Below the pieces are notes generated by a model. That model did not search any database. It saw only the letters and a list, made by a program, of their open reading frames with translations, and was not told where the DNA came from. Below, in pieces: positions 49,196 to 58,835 of a stretch of 64,000 nucleotides of DNA. This stretch comes from Myxococcota bacterium (GTDB taxonomy: Bacteria > Myxococcota_A > Polyangia > Nannocystales > Nannocystaceae): NCBI GenBank assembly GCA_039028615.1, contig JBCCHT010000012.1, positions 160,001 through 224,000 of the forward strand, given 5' to 3'. The position numbers and the translations under genes were made by a program. Every line of letters begins with the position of its first letter. The stretch's first letter is position 1.

Positions 49196-50557
49196 TCAAT
49201 TCGCCAGCGGCGCGTCGAGCTCGCTGACCCCGACCACCAGCCGTCCCACCGAGCCATCGGCCAGGTTCGTCCAGTACAGCCAGCGCCCCTCGACCTGGCC
49301 GCGGCCGAAGTGGAGGTTGTTGAAGCGCGAGCGCCCGGCCGCGGGCGCCGACCAGCTGCGGCGGACCTCGGTGGGCCCTTCGGCGGAGTAGCGCGCCAAG
49401 ACCAGGGTCTCGGTGTCGGGGCAGCCCACCCAAAGGCTGCTGCCCTCGTCGAACACGAGCCCCTCGACGCGGCAGGTGGCATCGAGCTCGAGGTAGGTCT
49501 CGGGCTCACCCGCCATACCGCCTTCGAGCAGGGGCACGCGCCAGACCATGCCCGAGCCGCCCACGTAGATGGCGTTGCCCTCGGGGCCGAAGGCCATGGC
49601 CCCCGGATCGAGCACGTCGGTCTCGCTGAGGAACTCGGAGGTGGTCGTGCGCTTCGCATCCCAGCGCAGCACACGGCCGCCGACTCCGGTGGAGACATAC
49701 ACGTTGCCGCTGGTGTCGGGCAGCGGCAGCTCGACCTCGCCTGGGCCTTCGGCGTCGAGGCTGAACAGGTTGCTCACGTTGCCGCTGACCGAGTTGAGCT
49801 GATCGACGCGAGGCGAGCCGACCTCGCGATTGGCGATGATCAGGTTCTCGCCGCTGAAGTTGGCGCCCGCGGGCGCACCCGACATCGGGTAGCTCTGGAG
49901 GAGCGTGCCCTCGCCATCGAAGAGCGAGACGAAGCCCTCGTTCGAGACGACCCACATGCCGGCTGCGTCGAAGTCGATGCCGTCCGGGGTCCCGAGTTCG
50001 GCGGGGTCCTCGACCCCGGACAGGAAGTCTTCGAAGGTCTCGTCGATGATCGTCAGCTCGACGTCGGCCTCGACGGTCACGGAGTTGCGCAGCGCGGTGA
50101 GGCGCAGGGTGACCACCTCGCCCGCGGCGATGTCCGTCGGCAGCACCACCGCGATCTCGAGCGTCGTGGCACCGAGGATCTCGACGGTCGGGCCGCCCGC
50201 CTGCGTCCACGAGAACTCTTCGGCCATGACATCCGCGCTGACCGGCACCACCAGGCCCGCGATGACCTCGCGGCCCTCGTCGACCTCGACCTGCGGGCCC
50301 AAGGCGCACTCGTCTTCGACGCAGAACAGGCCGCCGATGCAGGCGCCCTCGAGGCACGCACAGCCCTGGTTGCCGGGCACACAGCCGCCGCTGTCGTCGG
50401 CCGGCCCGCTGTCGAGCGACACGTCGGGGCTCGTGGTGGCGTCACCGGTATCGACCGCCCCGGGGGCGCTCATGTTGGCGGGGGACGAGTCGCCGTCGGG
50501 GCACGCACCAACGACCAGCGCCAACGCGCCCAGCCACCATCCTCGAGTCCAAGCCAT
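49196..50557 (-). CDS. Lipoprotein with SMP-30/gluconolactonase-like beta-propeller
   Basis: Lipobox VVGAC; PDGIDFD, DTSGNVYVS, PGAMAFGPEG, VEGLVFD, NLHFG repeats. Confidence 0.75.
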   Translation of the reverse strand: MAWTRGWWLGALALVVGACPDGDSSPANMSAPGAVDTGDATTSPDVSLDSGPADDSGGCVPGNQGCACLEGACIGGLFCVEDECALGPQVEVDEGREVIAGLVVPVSADVMAEEFSWTQAGGPTVEILGATTLEIAVVLPTDIAAGEVVTLRLTALRNSVTVEADVELTIIDETFEDFLSGVEDPAELGTPDGIDFDAAGMWVVSNEGFVSLFDGEGTLLQSYPMSGAPAGANFSGENLIIANREVGSPRVDQLNSVSGNVSNLFSLDAEGPGEVELPLPDTSGNVYVSTGVGGRVLRWDAKRTTTSEFLSETDVLDPGAMAFGPEGNAIYVGGSGMVWRVPLLEGGMAGEPETYLELDATCRVEGLVFDEGSSLWVGCPDTETLVLARYSAEGPTEVRRSWSAPAAGRSRFNNLHFGRGQVEGRWLYWTNLADGSVGRLVVGVSELDAPLAN

Positions 50558-50609
50558 GCGGCATTGTACCCGAGCCGGTCCTCCCCTTCTCGGGGGCGCT
50601 AGGCCTCGA

Positions 50610-51575
50610 TTACTTGGAGTTCATCCACTCTGGATCGTCGCGCACGAGCTGGCGGATCCGAGGGATCAGGTCGGCGGTCATGCCGTCGAGATCGAAGTTC
50701 GGTTTCCAGCCCCAGTCGGCGCGGGCACGGCCGTCGTCGAGTTCGTCGGGCCAGGAATCCAAGATGGCCTGGCGCGCGAGGTCGGGCATGAACCCGATCT
50801 CCACGCCGTCGATCGCCCGCGCCACGCTTTCGGCGATCTCCTGGGCGGTGGGGCTGAACGCAGCGATGTTGTAGACGCAGCGGTGCAGCCCTTCGCGGGG
50901 CGCGTCGGGCAGCTCGGCCAGCGCCCGCACCCCGTCGGGCATGTACATCAAAGGAATGCGCGTGTCGGGGCGACAGAACGCTTCGTAGCCGCCGCGCCGG
51001 ATCCCGTCGACATACATATAGAGGGCGTAGTCACTCGTGCCTCCGCCGGGCAGCGACGCGCTGATGAGGCCGGGGAAACGAACCCCGCGAAAGTCGAGGC
51101 CGTAGCGACGGTGGTAGTACTCGCCGAGCAGCTCGCCCGCGACCTTGGTGACCCCGTACATGGTGGTCGGGTGCAAGGGTACGTCGTCGCCGACGCGCGC
51201 GGGCAAGCCGGGGCCGTACACCGCGATGGTGCTGGTGAACACGACCTGCTCCACCCCGTGCTGACGACAGGCCTCGAGCACGTTCCAGGTGCCGTGCTGG
51301 TTGACGGCATAGGTACGCTGCGGGTTGGCCTCTCCGCGAGCGCTGAGGATCGCGGCGAGGTGATAGACCCGCTCGATCCGAAGCTCGCGGATGAGCCCCT
51401 GCACCGCGTCTTCGTTCAAGACGTCGAGCTCGTGCCACGGGACCTCGGGCGCCAAAGCCCGCTCCCCCGGTCGCGCCACGACGTCACTGCCGTGAACCTC
51501 GTGCCCGCGCGTGCGTAGATCTGCAATGAGGTCGAGTCCGACCTGCCCTGCTGCCCCCGTGACCAGTATTCGCAT
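50610..51575 (-). CDS. NAD-dependent epimerase/dehydratase, probable SDR-type L-threonine 3-dehydrogenase
   Basis: GAAGQVG, HLAAILSARGE, MYGVTK, RFPGLIS, GGGTSDYA, LMYMPD, RQAILDSWP; same strand as and near kbl. Confidence 0.85.
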   Translation of the reverse strand: MRILVTGAAGQVGLDLIADLRTRGHEVHGSDVVARPGERALAPEVPWHELDVLNEDAVQGLIRELRIERVYHLAAILSARGEANPQRTYAVNQHGTWNVLEACRQHGVEQVVFTSTIAVYGPGLPARVGDDVPLHPTTMYGVTKVAGELLGEYYHRRYGLDFRGVRFPGLISASLPGGGTSDYALYMYVDGIRRGGYEAFCRPDTRIPLMYMPDGVRALAELPDAPREGLHRCVYNIAAFSPTAQEIAESVARAIDGVEIGFMPDLARQAILDSWPDELDDGRARADWGWKPNFDLDGMTADLIPRIRQLVRDDPEWMNSK

Positions 51576-51701
51576 TCGTCTTGCCCCAACCGTTCGTCCC
51601 CCGACCGGCCACCGATGATCGCGAGCCCACCCGGCGCCGGCAAGCGAGCAGCCGCACCACAGGCGACGTGCCAGCCCTTCGGCGCCGTGGGGGCGCTCAC
51701 A

Positions 51702-53378
51702 TCACGATGCGACGAGCGACGGGTCGGTGGCGAAGAACCGATTGAGCTCGGCGCTCTGGTAGCTGCGGTAGTCGATGGCCCAAGGCGTGACCGTGGTTTC
51801 ACCCCCCTTGCGGGCGATGGTCAGGGCCATGGGGCGGACGTCGCGGTAGTTGCTGTCCTCGGGCACGTCGTCGTTCTCGACGCCGCCCGCGGAGAAGACC
51901 GTGAGTAGGCGGATGTCGTCACGCGGGTACATGTCGCGGAACCCGGCGTTGACCTTCTCGTGGCCGCGCACCATGAGCGCGCACCCGATGTCCGACATGA
52001 AGCGCCGGAACTGCTGGCGGCCGAAGGGGAAGCGGGCACTCGACTTCTGCAGCTCGTCGGGGATCACCTCGGCGCGGCTGGGGTCGCTCCACAGCATCTG
52101 GAAGCGGATGTCCGGGTCGTTGAGCGACTCGAGGCCCTTCCAGCGCTCGCGCAGCAGGGCGTCGCGGGGGATGCCGCCATGCACGAACAGCAAGTTGTCG
52201 TAGAGCAGGCTGTTGGGCATTCTCTCGAAGAAGGCCAAGTAGCGCTCGAAGACCTCGCCGGGCAGCACCTGCGAGAGGCTGTTGATGGTGTCGGCCGGCT
52301 TCACGCCGCCGTAGATCCGCCCGTTGTACTCGATGTAGTACTCGTGGTTTCCGCGGAGCACGACCACGTGCTCGGGCACCGTCATATAGAGCTTGAGCAC
52401 CGCTCGCAGCACGCCGTTGAAGGCAAAGCGCCCGCGATCGATGTAGTCGCCCAGCAGAACCAGCCGCGGCTCGGGGTTGTTCTCGGGGTCCGCCCGATAG
52501 TTGCGGACCTTGTTCATGAAGTCGGCCTGCATCACGGCCGCTTTGAGGCAGCTGTAGCAGCCGTGTAGATCTCCTAGAACGATGAGTTCGAAATCCTTGG
52601 GGCGTGAAACGACGTGCACATGCCCGTCGAGGTGATCACCCGGCTCGGTGAAGTCCTCGATCGACTGCTTGCCCGCGAGCACCCCCTGGCTCGCCTCGCG
52701 ACGCGCGTCCCAGTTGGCCTCCACCTCCTCGAGCAAGCGAAGGTCGGCGTCGATCTGCTTGCGGATGAGGTCGGGATCGGCCGAGTAGTGGTGCTCGAAC
52801 CCGGCGAAGAAAGGATGGTCCTGCTGCTTGGAGCGGAGCTCGGCCGGCTTTTGGATCTCGAGCTTGGCATCGGACCCGGACACTTCTTCGAAGCGCACCT
52901 CGGCGCCGAGCAGCGCGGCCAGGTCGTTGCGGAAGCGGACCTCGGCCGGGTGCACCACCCCGTCGGCCCCGATGAAGTCGTCGACGATGCCGAGCAGCGC
53001 CTCGCGGTTGTCCGAGGTCAACGCCCGAAACATCTCGTAGCAGCGCAGATGCAGCTTGCTGAGCACGAAGCCCTGCGGGTCCTCGCCTTCCGCCACCGCC
53101 TCCGTGAACAGCGAACGGACGTCGTAGTCGATCTGCTGGAAGCGCTCGACGTAGTGCTCGTGCTGCCGCTCGATCTGCTCGAAGCGAACCTCGGCCGACA
53201 GCTCGCCCTGAGCGTCGACGCGGGCCGTGACCAGCTTGCGAAGGAACGACCGCACGAAGGCTTTTTCGCGGAGGTCGAACTCCGAGTCGATATAGCCGCA
53301 GGCCGTTAGGTAGAAGATGACCGCCTCGATCTGCTGTTCTGCGATCTTGGGGTCCTGGCTGAGCTGGATCATCGCCAT
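51702..53378 (-). CDS. PPP-family Ser/Thr phosphatase with TerB-like N-terminal domain
   Basis: GDLHG, GDYIDRG, LRGNHE, VHGG, LWSDP, RGHE, TVFSA; N-terminal YIDSEFDLRE and ADGVVHPAE (TerB-like). Confidence 0.85.
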   Translation of the reverse strand: MAMIQLSQDPKIAEQQIEAVIFYLTACGYIDSEFDLREKAFVRSFLRKLVTARVDAQGELSAEVRFEQIERQHEHYVERFQQIDYDVRSLFTEAVAEGEDPQGFVLSKLHLRCYEMFRALTSDNREALLGIVDDFIGADGVVHPAEVRFRNDLAALLGAEVRFEEVSGSDAKLEIQKPAELRSKQQDHPFFAGFEHHYSADPDLIRKQIDADLRLLEEVEANWDARREASQGVLAGKQSIEDFTEPGDHLDGHVHVVSRPKDFELIVLGDLHGCYSCLKAAVMQADFMNKVRNYRADPENNPEPRLVLLGDYIDRGRFAFNGVLRAVLKLYMTVPEHVVVLRGNHEYYIEYNGRIYGGVKPADTINSLSQVLPGEVFERYLAFFERMPNSLLYDNLLFVHGGIPRDALLRERWKGLESLNDPDIRFQMLWSDPSRAEVIPDELQKSSARFPFGRQQFRRFMSDIGCALMVRGHEKVNAGFRDMYPRDDIRLLTVFSAGGVENDDVPEDSNYRDVRPMALTIARKGGETTVTPWAIDYRSYQSAELNRFFATDPSLVAS

Positions 53379-53801
53379 GCCGATCCGGGTCCTTGGTCAG
53401 TAACGGGTGAAGGATCTCGTCGGCCGCTGGCTCGTCGCTAAGGTGACAGCGACCGTGCAGACACGTGCGCGCGGCAGAGTGTAGTCCTCAAACGAAGGTT
53501 CCACAGTGATCCACGCCGCGCAACGGTTTCCGGCCGCCTGACCGATGCATTGCAAACCCGTGTTCCGTGCGATCAGAATGAAGCGGACCGCTGGTTTCCC
53601 CGACCCGAATTTCCGTATTCAATCTGGAGCAGATGAGGTCGCGCACGGTGCTAGCGGCCCAAATTCAGGCCATTCGAATTCACGGAAAATTCGGGATCCG
53701 TTTGACCCCGATTCGTCGCGTTTGGCATAAGTTCCGTGCCTGCGGTCGAGACGTTTTCGTCCCGGCCCAACCCACCACCTACTCCCGCGAGGAAACCGAT
53801 A

Positions 53802-54008
53802 ATGCGAAAGACCGCTGCTCTTCTGTGCGCCCTCATGGCCCTCCCCGCTGTTGGCTGCGCCTACGGCGACATGGTCGTCCACCCCAACGGCAAGATCTAC
53901 GTCCAGCGCCAAGACAGCTTCCTGTTCGGCGCCCTGCGCAAGATGTACGAGTGCACCCCCGACGGTGCCGGCAACGTCACCTGCGTGGACATGGCGGGCA
54001 AGCCCTAG
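53802..54008 (+). CDS. Small lipoprotein, copy 1 (68 aa)
   Basis: GAGGA RBS; lipobox PAVGC; near-identical to the adjacent copy. Confidence 0.85.
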   Translation: MRKTAALLCALMALPAVGCAYGDMVVHPNGKIYVQRQDSFLFGALRKMYECTPDGAGNVTCVDMAGKP

Positions 54009-54064
54009 TCAGCTCGGCGACCACTCGTTGGTCGCCATGACTCACCGCGAAACGGACAAGAACA

Positions 54065-54271
54065 ATGCGTAAGACCGCTGCTCTTCTTTGTGCCCTCATG
54101 GCCCTCCCCGCCGCCGGCTGTGCCTACGGCGAGATGGTCGTTCACCCCAACGGCAAGATCTACGTGCAGCGCCAGGATGCCTTCCTGTTCGGCGCCCTGC
54201 GCAAGATGTACGAGTGCACCCCCGACGGCGCCGGCAACGTGACCTGCGTCGACATGGCTGGCAAGCCCTAG
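54065..54271 (+). CDS. Small lipoprotein, copy 2 (68 aa)
   Basis: Lipobox PAAGC; 65/68 aa identical to copy 1. Confidence 0.85.
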   Translation: MRKTAALLCALMALPAAGCAYGEMVVHPNGKIYVQRQDAFLFGALRKMYECTPDGAGNVTCVDMAGKP

Positions 54272-54292
54272 GCTGCAAGCATTCGTATGAGC

Positions 54293-54332
54293 TCGACCCC
54301 GTGGTGCACCGCACCCCGGGGTCGAACTTTTT
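54293..54332 (+). terminator. Intrinsic terminator
   Basis: TCGACCCCG-TGGTGC-acc-GCACC-CCGGGGTCGA followed by ACTTTTT. Confidence 0.75.
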
Positions 54333-54351
54333 CCGGCCCGAGTTTTTTTCG

Positions 54352-54849
54352 ATGAACCGTTCGACCGTGCTCCGCCCCTTCGCCGCTTTCGCCCTGCCGT
54401 GTTTGTTGCTCACCTCGACCCTCGGGTGTGGTGGCTCGGACCAACCCGCGCCTCGACCCGGTAAGCGAGCCAAGGGTCGCGAGGGTGATCCCGCGCTCGT
54501 TCACAACTGGAAGATGCCAGCCGACAAGAGCGTGCTCGAAAGCGCCGACCTCGGCTCGGACCCGCCCGCTCTCGCCGACGCGTTCATGACCGGAAGCGGT
54601 GCACCCGGGATCAGCCATCGCATCGCGAACACGTGCGCGACCGAAGGAGTGCTGGCCGGAGTCGCAACCATCGCCCTGCGCTTTTCCGCGACCGAGGCCG
54701 GAGCGATCGAGAAGGTCGAAGGCGACCCGGCCGGCAAAGCGGCCGACTGTCTCGTCAAAGCCTTCCAAGCCGAGGTCGAAGGCGCGAACGGGCTCCCCGC
54801 GGGAGCTGCGCTGATGGTGTTGCGTTTTCATCCCCCCAAGGCCCGTTGA
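54352..54849 (+). CDS. Hypothetical lipoprotein
   Basis: Lipobox STLGC; two further Cys in the mature domain. Confidence 0.7.
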   Translation: MNRSTVLRPFAAFALPCLLLTSTLGCGGSDQPAPRPGKRAKGREGDPALVHNWKMPADKSVLESADLGSDPPALADAFMTGSGAPGISHRIANTCATEGVLAGVATIALRFSATEAGAIEKVEGDPAGKAADCLVKAFQAEVEGANGLPAGAALMVLRFHPPKAR

Positions 54850-54939
54850 GGGCATTGCCAGGCGGCACGAGTCGTCGAAAGGGGCCTCGCCGAAGGCCGG
54901 CAGTGGTCGTCGCACGGGCTTTCGGTTAGCCTGGCGGCC

Positions 54940-55869
54940 GTGCGCTGCCGCGCGTACCAAATCCCCTCCGAGGTCTATCGAGAGATCGAGACCCAGGTCC
55001 TCCAGCAGCTTCGCGACGGTGATCGCGATCAGCTGCTGCACCTGCTCGCCGAGCACGACCTCGAAGTCGAGCTGCTGAGCGGCGAGTGGCGAGTCCTGTT
55101 CGCTGCGCTCTCCGATTTCTTCCAAGAGGTCGACATCGAAAAGCGCATCGCTCGAATGGCGGTGAGCCCCGACGAGCTGGCCGAGTTCGTCGACTTCCTC
55201 CGCAACGAGCAGCGCAAAGAAGCGTGGCGCCCCATCTCCTTCGGGCTGGCCGAGCTCACCGATGCTCTCCCCGTGGGGGTCGACCTGGTCGGCGTGGTGA
55301 TCATCGAGGAGTCCGACGACTGGCTGTGGGCCGAGCCCGTACACGAGCTGGTCGCCATTCGCCCCGAGGTCTACCCCTTGCTCGAGCCGCACCTGCGCTC
55401 GTTGATGCAAGCCGGAGACTTCGCCGCGCTCGCCCGCTTGGCCGGCGACCACGCCGAGGGCAGCGTCGAGTTTTCCGCGGAGCAGTGGCGCCTGCTCATG
55501 GAGCACTCCGAGCAGCGGGTGCCCGAGCTGCTGTCGATCTACGAGCAGCGCCTGTCCGTGCCCGACGACTACACCAGCATCCTCGAGGCGATGGTGCAGG
55601 TGGCCGACCCGCGCTACCAGCCCAGCCTAGACGCCTGGCTGCGCGTGCACTCGGGCATCGCCCAGTACGCCCTGTACTTCCGCGACGCTCACCTCGAGCG
55701 GCGCGAGCTCGAGGGCTCGGGGCTCATTCGCATCCAGGACGTGAACTTCGAGGCCCAGGTGACCCGGCCCCTGCCCGCGGTCGAAGGCGGCTCGGAGCAA
55801 GGCGACGTCGCGGCTGCGCCCGCGACCCAGCAGTCGTCCTTCGAGCCCGGCTCCAACGAAGAGGGCTGA
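54940..55869 (+). CDS. Hypothetical cytoplasmic protein
   Basis: 309-aa acidic helical ORF with strong GC3 bias; no motif recognised. Confidence 0.75.
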   Translation: MRCRAYQIPSEVYREIETQVLQQLRDGDRDQLLHLLAEHDLEVELLSGEWRVLFAALSDFFQEVDIEKRIARMAVSPDELAEFVDFLRNEQRKEAWRPISFGLAELTDALPVGVDLVGVVIIEESDDWLWAEPVHELVAIRPEVYPLLEPHLRSLMQAGDFAALARLAGDHAEGSVEFSAEQWRLLMEHSEQRVPELLSIYEQRLSVPDDYTSILEAMVQVADPRYQPSLDAWLRVHSGIAQYALYFRDAHLERRELEGSGLIRIQDVNFEAQVTRPLPAVEGGSEQGDVAAAPATQQSSFEPGSNEEG

Positions 55870-55878
55870 GCCTGCCGG

Positions 55879-57657
55879 CTACTCGACGGTCAGCGGGCTC
55901 ACCGTGAGCACGCCGGCGTCGCCGCTGCCCATCTGGATCGCGCGCACGCTGGCCGCCACGCGGCGCCACTGCTCGAGGCCGGCGTCCACCCGCACACGGG
56001 CGGCCACCTTGTCGCTGTTGCTCGGGCCCCCGCCCAGCAGGCGCTCGACCAGGCTCTTGCTCTGCGGGAAGCGACGCAGCTCGATGCTGGCGTCTTCGTC
56101 GATCTCTGCCGCGGCCCGGGCCAGCTCGATGGCCTTGGTCATGCCGCCCAGCTCGTCGACGAGGCCGAGCTCCTTGGCGCGCTTGCCCGACCACACGCGG
56201 CCGCGCGCCAGTTCCTCGACCTGCTCGGGCGTGAGCCCCCGCCCTTCGGCCACGCGCTGCTTGAAGTCGGCGTAGACCTGGTCGAGCCACGCGTCGAGCC
56301 GCGCCCGACCCTCGGCGTCGTAGCCCTCGTTGGCCGTCCAGAACGCGGCGTTGTTCGAGGTCTGGACCGAGTCGTAGGTGACCCCCAGCTTGTTCCAGAT
56401 CCCCCGCGTGACCATCTTGACCGACAGCACGCCGATGGACCCGGTGAGCGTGGACGGCAGGGCGACGATCTTGGTGGCGCCGGCCGAGACGTAGTAGCCG
56501 CCCGAGGCCGCATAGTTGCCCATGCTGATGATGACCGGCTTGCCCGCTTCCTTGGCGCGCTGGGTGACCCGCCAGATGGCGTCCGAGGCCACGGCCGAGC
56601 CGCCCGGGCTGTCGACGCGGAACACGATCGCCTCGACCTCCGGGTCGTCGATGGCGGCCTCGAAGGCAGCGATGATCGTCTCCGCCCCGAGGATCGAGTA
56701 GCCCTCGATGGGATCGAAGGCACTGGGGCCGCGGGAGATCCCGCCCGCGCCGTAGATCACCGCGATGACCTGGCCCTCGTCCCAGGGCCCGCCCGCCCGC
56801 TCGAGGTAGGGCCCGGCGTACAGGCGCTCGGCATCTTCGCCGACCTGCTCCTCGAGCCGCGACAGCATGCCGTCGCGATAGCTGAGGCTGTCGACCAGGC
56901 CGAGTTCCTTCGCTTCACCGGCCAAGTACGGACCCTGCTCGATCACCTCGCGGGCCCGCTGGGCGTCGTCGTCGAAGCGGGGCGCCAGCGCGGCCACGAG
57001 CTGCTCGTGCATGTCGGCGAGCAGCACCGTCGTCTGCTCGCGGTCGGCATCGCTCATGCGGCGCGCGGTGTAGCGATCGTAGGCCGACTTGTACTCCGAG
57101 CGCTGGCCGCCTTCGGGCTCGATGTCGAGCTTGTCGAAGGCCCCTCGCAGGTACATCCGCTCGCTCCGCAGCCCGGTGAGGCCGAGGCCTCCCGTGGGCT
57201 GCAGGTGGATCTCGTCGAACGCGGTCGCCAGGTAGTAACCCTGGTTGCCGGGCCCGAGCTCACCGAAGGTCTCCGAGAACGCGATGGCCGGCTTGCCCGT
57301 GGCCCGGAACGCCAGCACCGCTTCGCGCAGCTCCTCGACCACCGCCATGCCGTGGGAGGTGCCGTCGATGTGCGCGACTACGCCCACGACACGATCGTCG
57401 TCGGCGGCTCGGTGCAGCGCAGCCAGGACTTGCTGGGCCGTGGGACCACCCGCCCCGAGCACCGAGGCGAGGGGATCTTCGGCTCCTTCCACGCCCAGCC
57501 GTCGGTCGAGGTGCAACTCGAGCACGGTCTTGGGCGCGACTTCGTCACGAGTCACGCACGTACACGTCACCGCCATCACCCCCAGGAGCATGAACCCCGT
57601 GGTGATCATGCCGATGACGGTGAAGACAGTGACGAGGCGTCGCCGCGTCTTGCTCAT
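55879..57657 (-). CDS. sppA: Signal peptide peptidase SppA (S49, 67K type)
   Basis: YYLATAFDEI, YKSA, RVDSPGGS, AASGGYY, TGSIGV, GRVWSG, GLVDELGG. Confidence 0.93.
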   Translation of the reverse strand: MSKTRRRLVTVFTVIGMITTGFMLLGVMAVTCTCVTRDEVAPKTVLELHLDRRLGVEGAEDPLASVLGAGGPTAQQVLAALHRAADDDRVVGVVAHIDGTSHGMAVVEELREAVLAFRATGKPAIAFSETFGELGPGNQGYYLATAFDEIHLQPTGGLGLTGLRSERMYLRGAFDKLDIEPEGGQRSEYKSAYDRYTARRMSDADREQTTVLLADMHEQLVAALAPRFDDDAQRAREVIEQGPYLAGEAKELGLVDSLSYRDGMLSRLEEQVGEDAERLYAGPYLERAGGPWDEGQVIAVIYGAGGISRGPSAFDPIEGYSILGAETIIAAFEAAIDDPEVEAIVFRVDSPGGSAVASDAIWRVTQRAKEAGKPVIISMGNYAASGGYYVSAGATKIVALPSTLTGSIGVLSVKMVTRGIWNKLGVTYDSVQTSNNAAFWTANEGYDAEGRARLDAWLDQVYADFKQRVAEGRGLTPEQVEELARGRVWSGKRAKELGLVDELGGMTKAIELARAAAEIDEDASIELRRFPQSKSLVERLLGGGPSNSDKVAARVRVDAGLEQWRRVAASVRAIQMGSGDAGVLTVSPLTVE

Positions 57658-57746
57658 GCGTGGATCGTACGGCAATCCGAGCATTCGACCCTGGGGCCGG
57701 GAGGGGAGTTTCGATCCTCTCGGCTTGGCCCCAGGGTTTCAGTGGA

Positions 57747-58676
57747 TCACGCCGGCAGGATGCAGGCGCCCACGTGCTCGAGTCCGGGCGGGGAGGCGCC
57801 CTCCTCGAACCAGGTGTCGCACATCTGGCCCGGGAGCGAGCAACCCGCGTCGGGGTCGGGCTCGGTCACGTCGCAGAACTCGCTGCAGCAGCCGCCGGAG
57901 CCCTGGCAGTCGGGCACCGCATCGGCGTTCGCGCAGAACAGGCCGGGGTCGCAGGCGTTGAGGAACTCGCAGGGATCGCCGGGGGCCCCCATCTCGCCCG
58001 ATGCATCGACGATGCATACGAAGCCGTCGCTACCGGCGGCGCCCAGGCAGGCCGCGCCGTCTTGGCAGTCCTGCAGCAGCGGGTCACAGGTCGCGCGGCA
58101 GAGGATCAAGACGCCGTTGTTGGAGATGGAGCACAGGAAGCCGGGCTCACAGATCGGGGTCTCGGGCGAGCCTTCACAGAAGCTCACGCACGTGCCGATG
58201 TTGGTCTCTCCGTCGACGTAGTAGCACATGCTGCCCACGTCACAGTCGTCGATCCCGGCCACGCCGCTGCCCTCGACCATGCAGGTATCGCCCACCTGGC
58301 CCGGGTTGTCGGCGACGGGCGAGCACCGGGTGGCATTCCACGCGCTGCCGCCATCGTTCGCCCACGGCATGCACTTTTCACCGTCGGGGCAGTCTTGCTC
58401 CCAGACGTCGCACTCGACCTCGGGGCCACCACCGTCGGGCATCTGCAAGAAGCCGGCACCGGTCTCTTCGTCCGCGCCGTCGCTCGAGCCGCTACCACCC
58501 TGGCTCATGGCGCCCGTCTCGGACGTCATCGACTCCGGGGGCGTCGCCGCTCCGGTGCTCTCCGCCGCGTCGTCGGTCGCTGCCGCGGGCGAGTCCTCGT
58601 TGCCCTGGTTGTTGTCGACTGTCCCACACCCGAGCCCGAGCGCAGCGATGACCGTAATGAACAATGTGCGATTCAT
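57747..58676 (-). CDS. Cys-rich lipoprotein (myxobacterial family)
   Basis: Lipobox LGLGC; S/T/G linker; ECDVWEQDCPDGEKCMPWA, CDPLLQDC, CDPGLFC, GCCSEFCD. Confidence 0.82.
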   Translation of the reverse strand: MNRTLFITVIAALGLGCGTVDNNQGNEDSPAAATDDAAESTGAATPPESMTSETGAMSQGGSGSSDGADEETGAGFLQMPDGGGPEVECDVWEQDCPDGEKCMPWANDGGSAWNATRCSPVADNPGQVGDTCMVEGSGVAGIDDCDVGSMCYYVDGETNIGTCVSFCEGSPETPICEPGFLCSISNNGVLILCRATCDPLLQDCQDGAACLGAAGSDGFVCIVDASGEMGAPGDPCEFLNACDPGLFCANADAVPDCQGSGGCCSEFCDVTEPDPDAGCSLPGQMCDTWFEEGASPPGLEHVGACILPA

Positions 58677-58835
58677 CAGCTTCGTTACCTTGCGGAATCG
58701 AAGTCGCAGTATTGCCTCAGACAGGGGTTCCTGTCGAGTCCGATCCGCCCGCCGACTCTTGAACGGTACCGGCGCTGAGTTCGCGCTGAAGGTCAGCGCA
58801 ATTCCCGGCCATGTACCGCCACCCCCCTTGAGAGG

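Larger units (their letters stand above)
53802..54271 (+). repeat. Tandem gene duplication (2 x 207 bp)
   Basis: Direct comparison of the two copies; differences are mainly synonymous. Confidence 0.95.

Noticed and set aside
53721..53739. Sigma54-like TTGGCA...TGC
   Set aside because: GG-to-GC spacing is 12 nt rather than the required 10.
57747..58676. Enzyme label (ribulose-phosphate epimerase) that I recall being attached to similar proteins
   Set aside because: Sequence is a Cys-rich lipoprotein with no TIM-barrel epimerase motifs.
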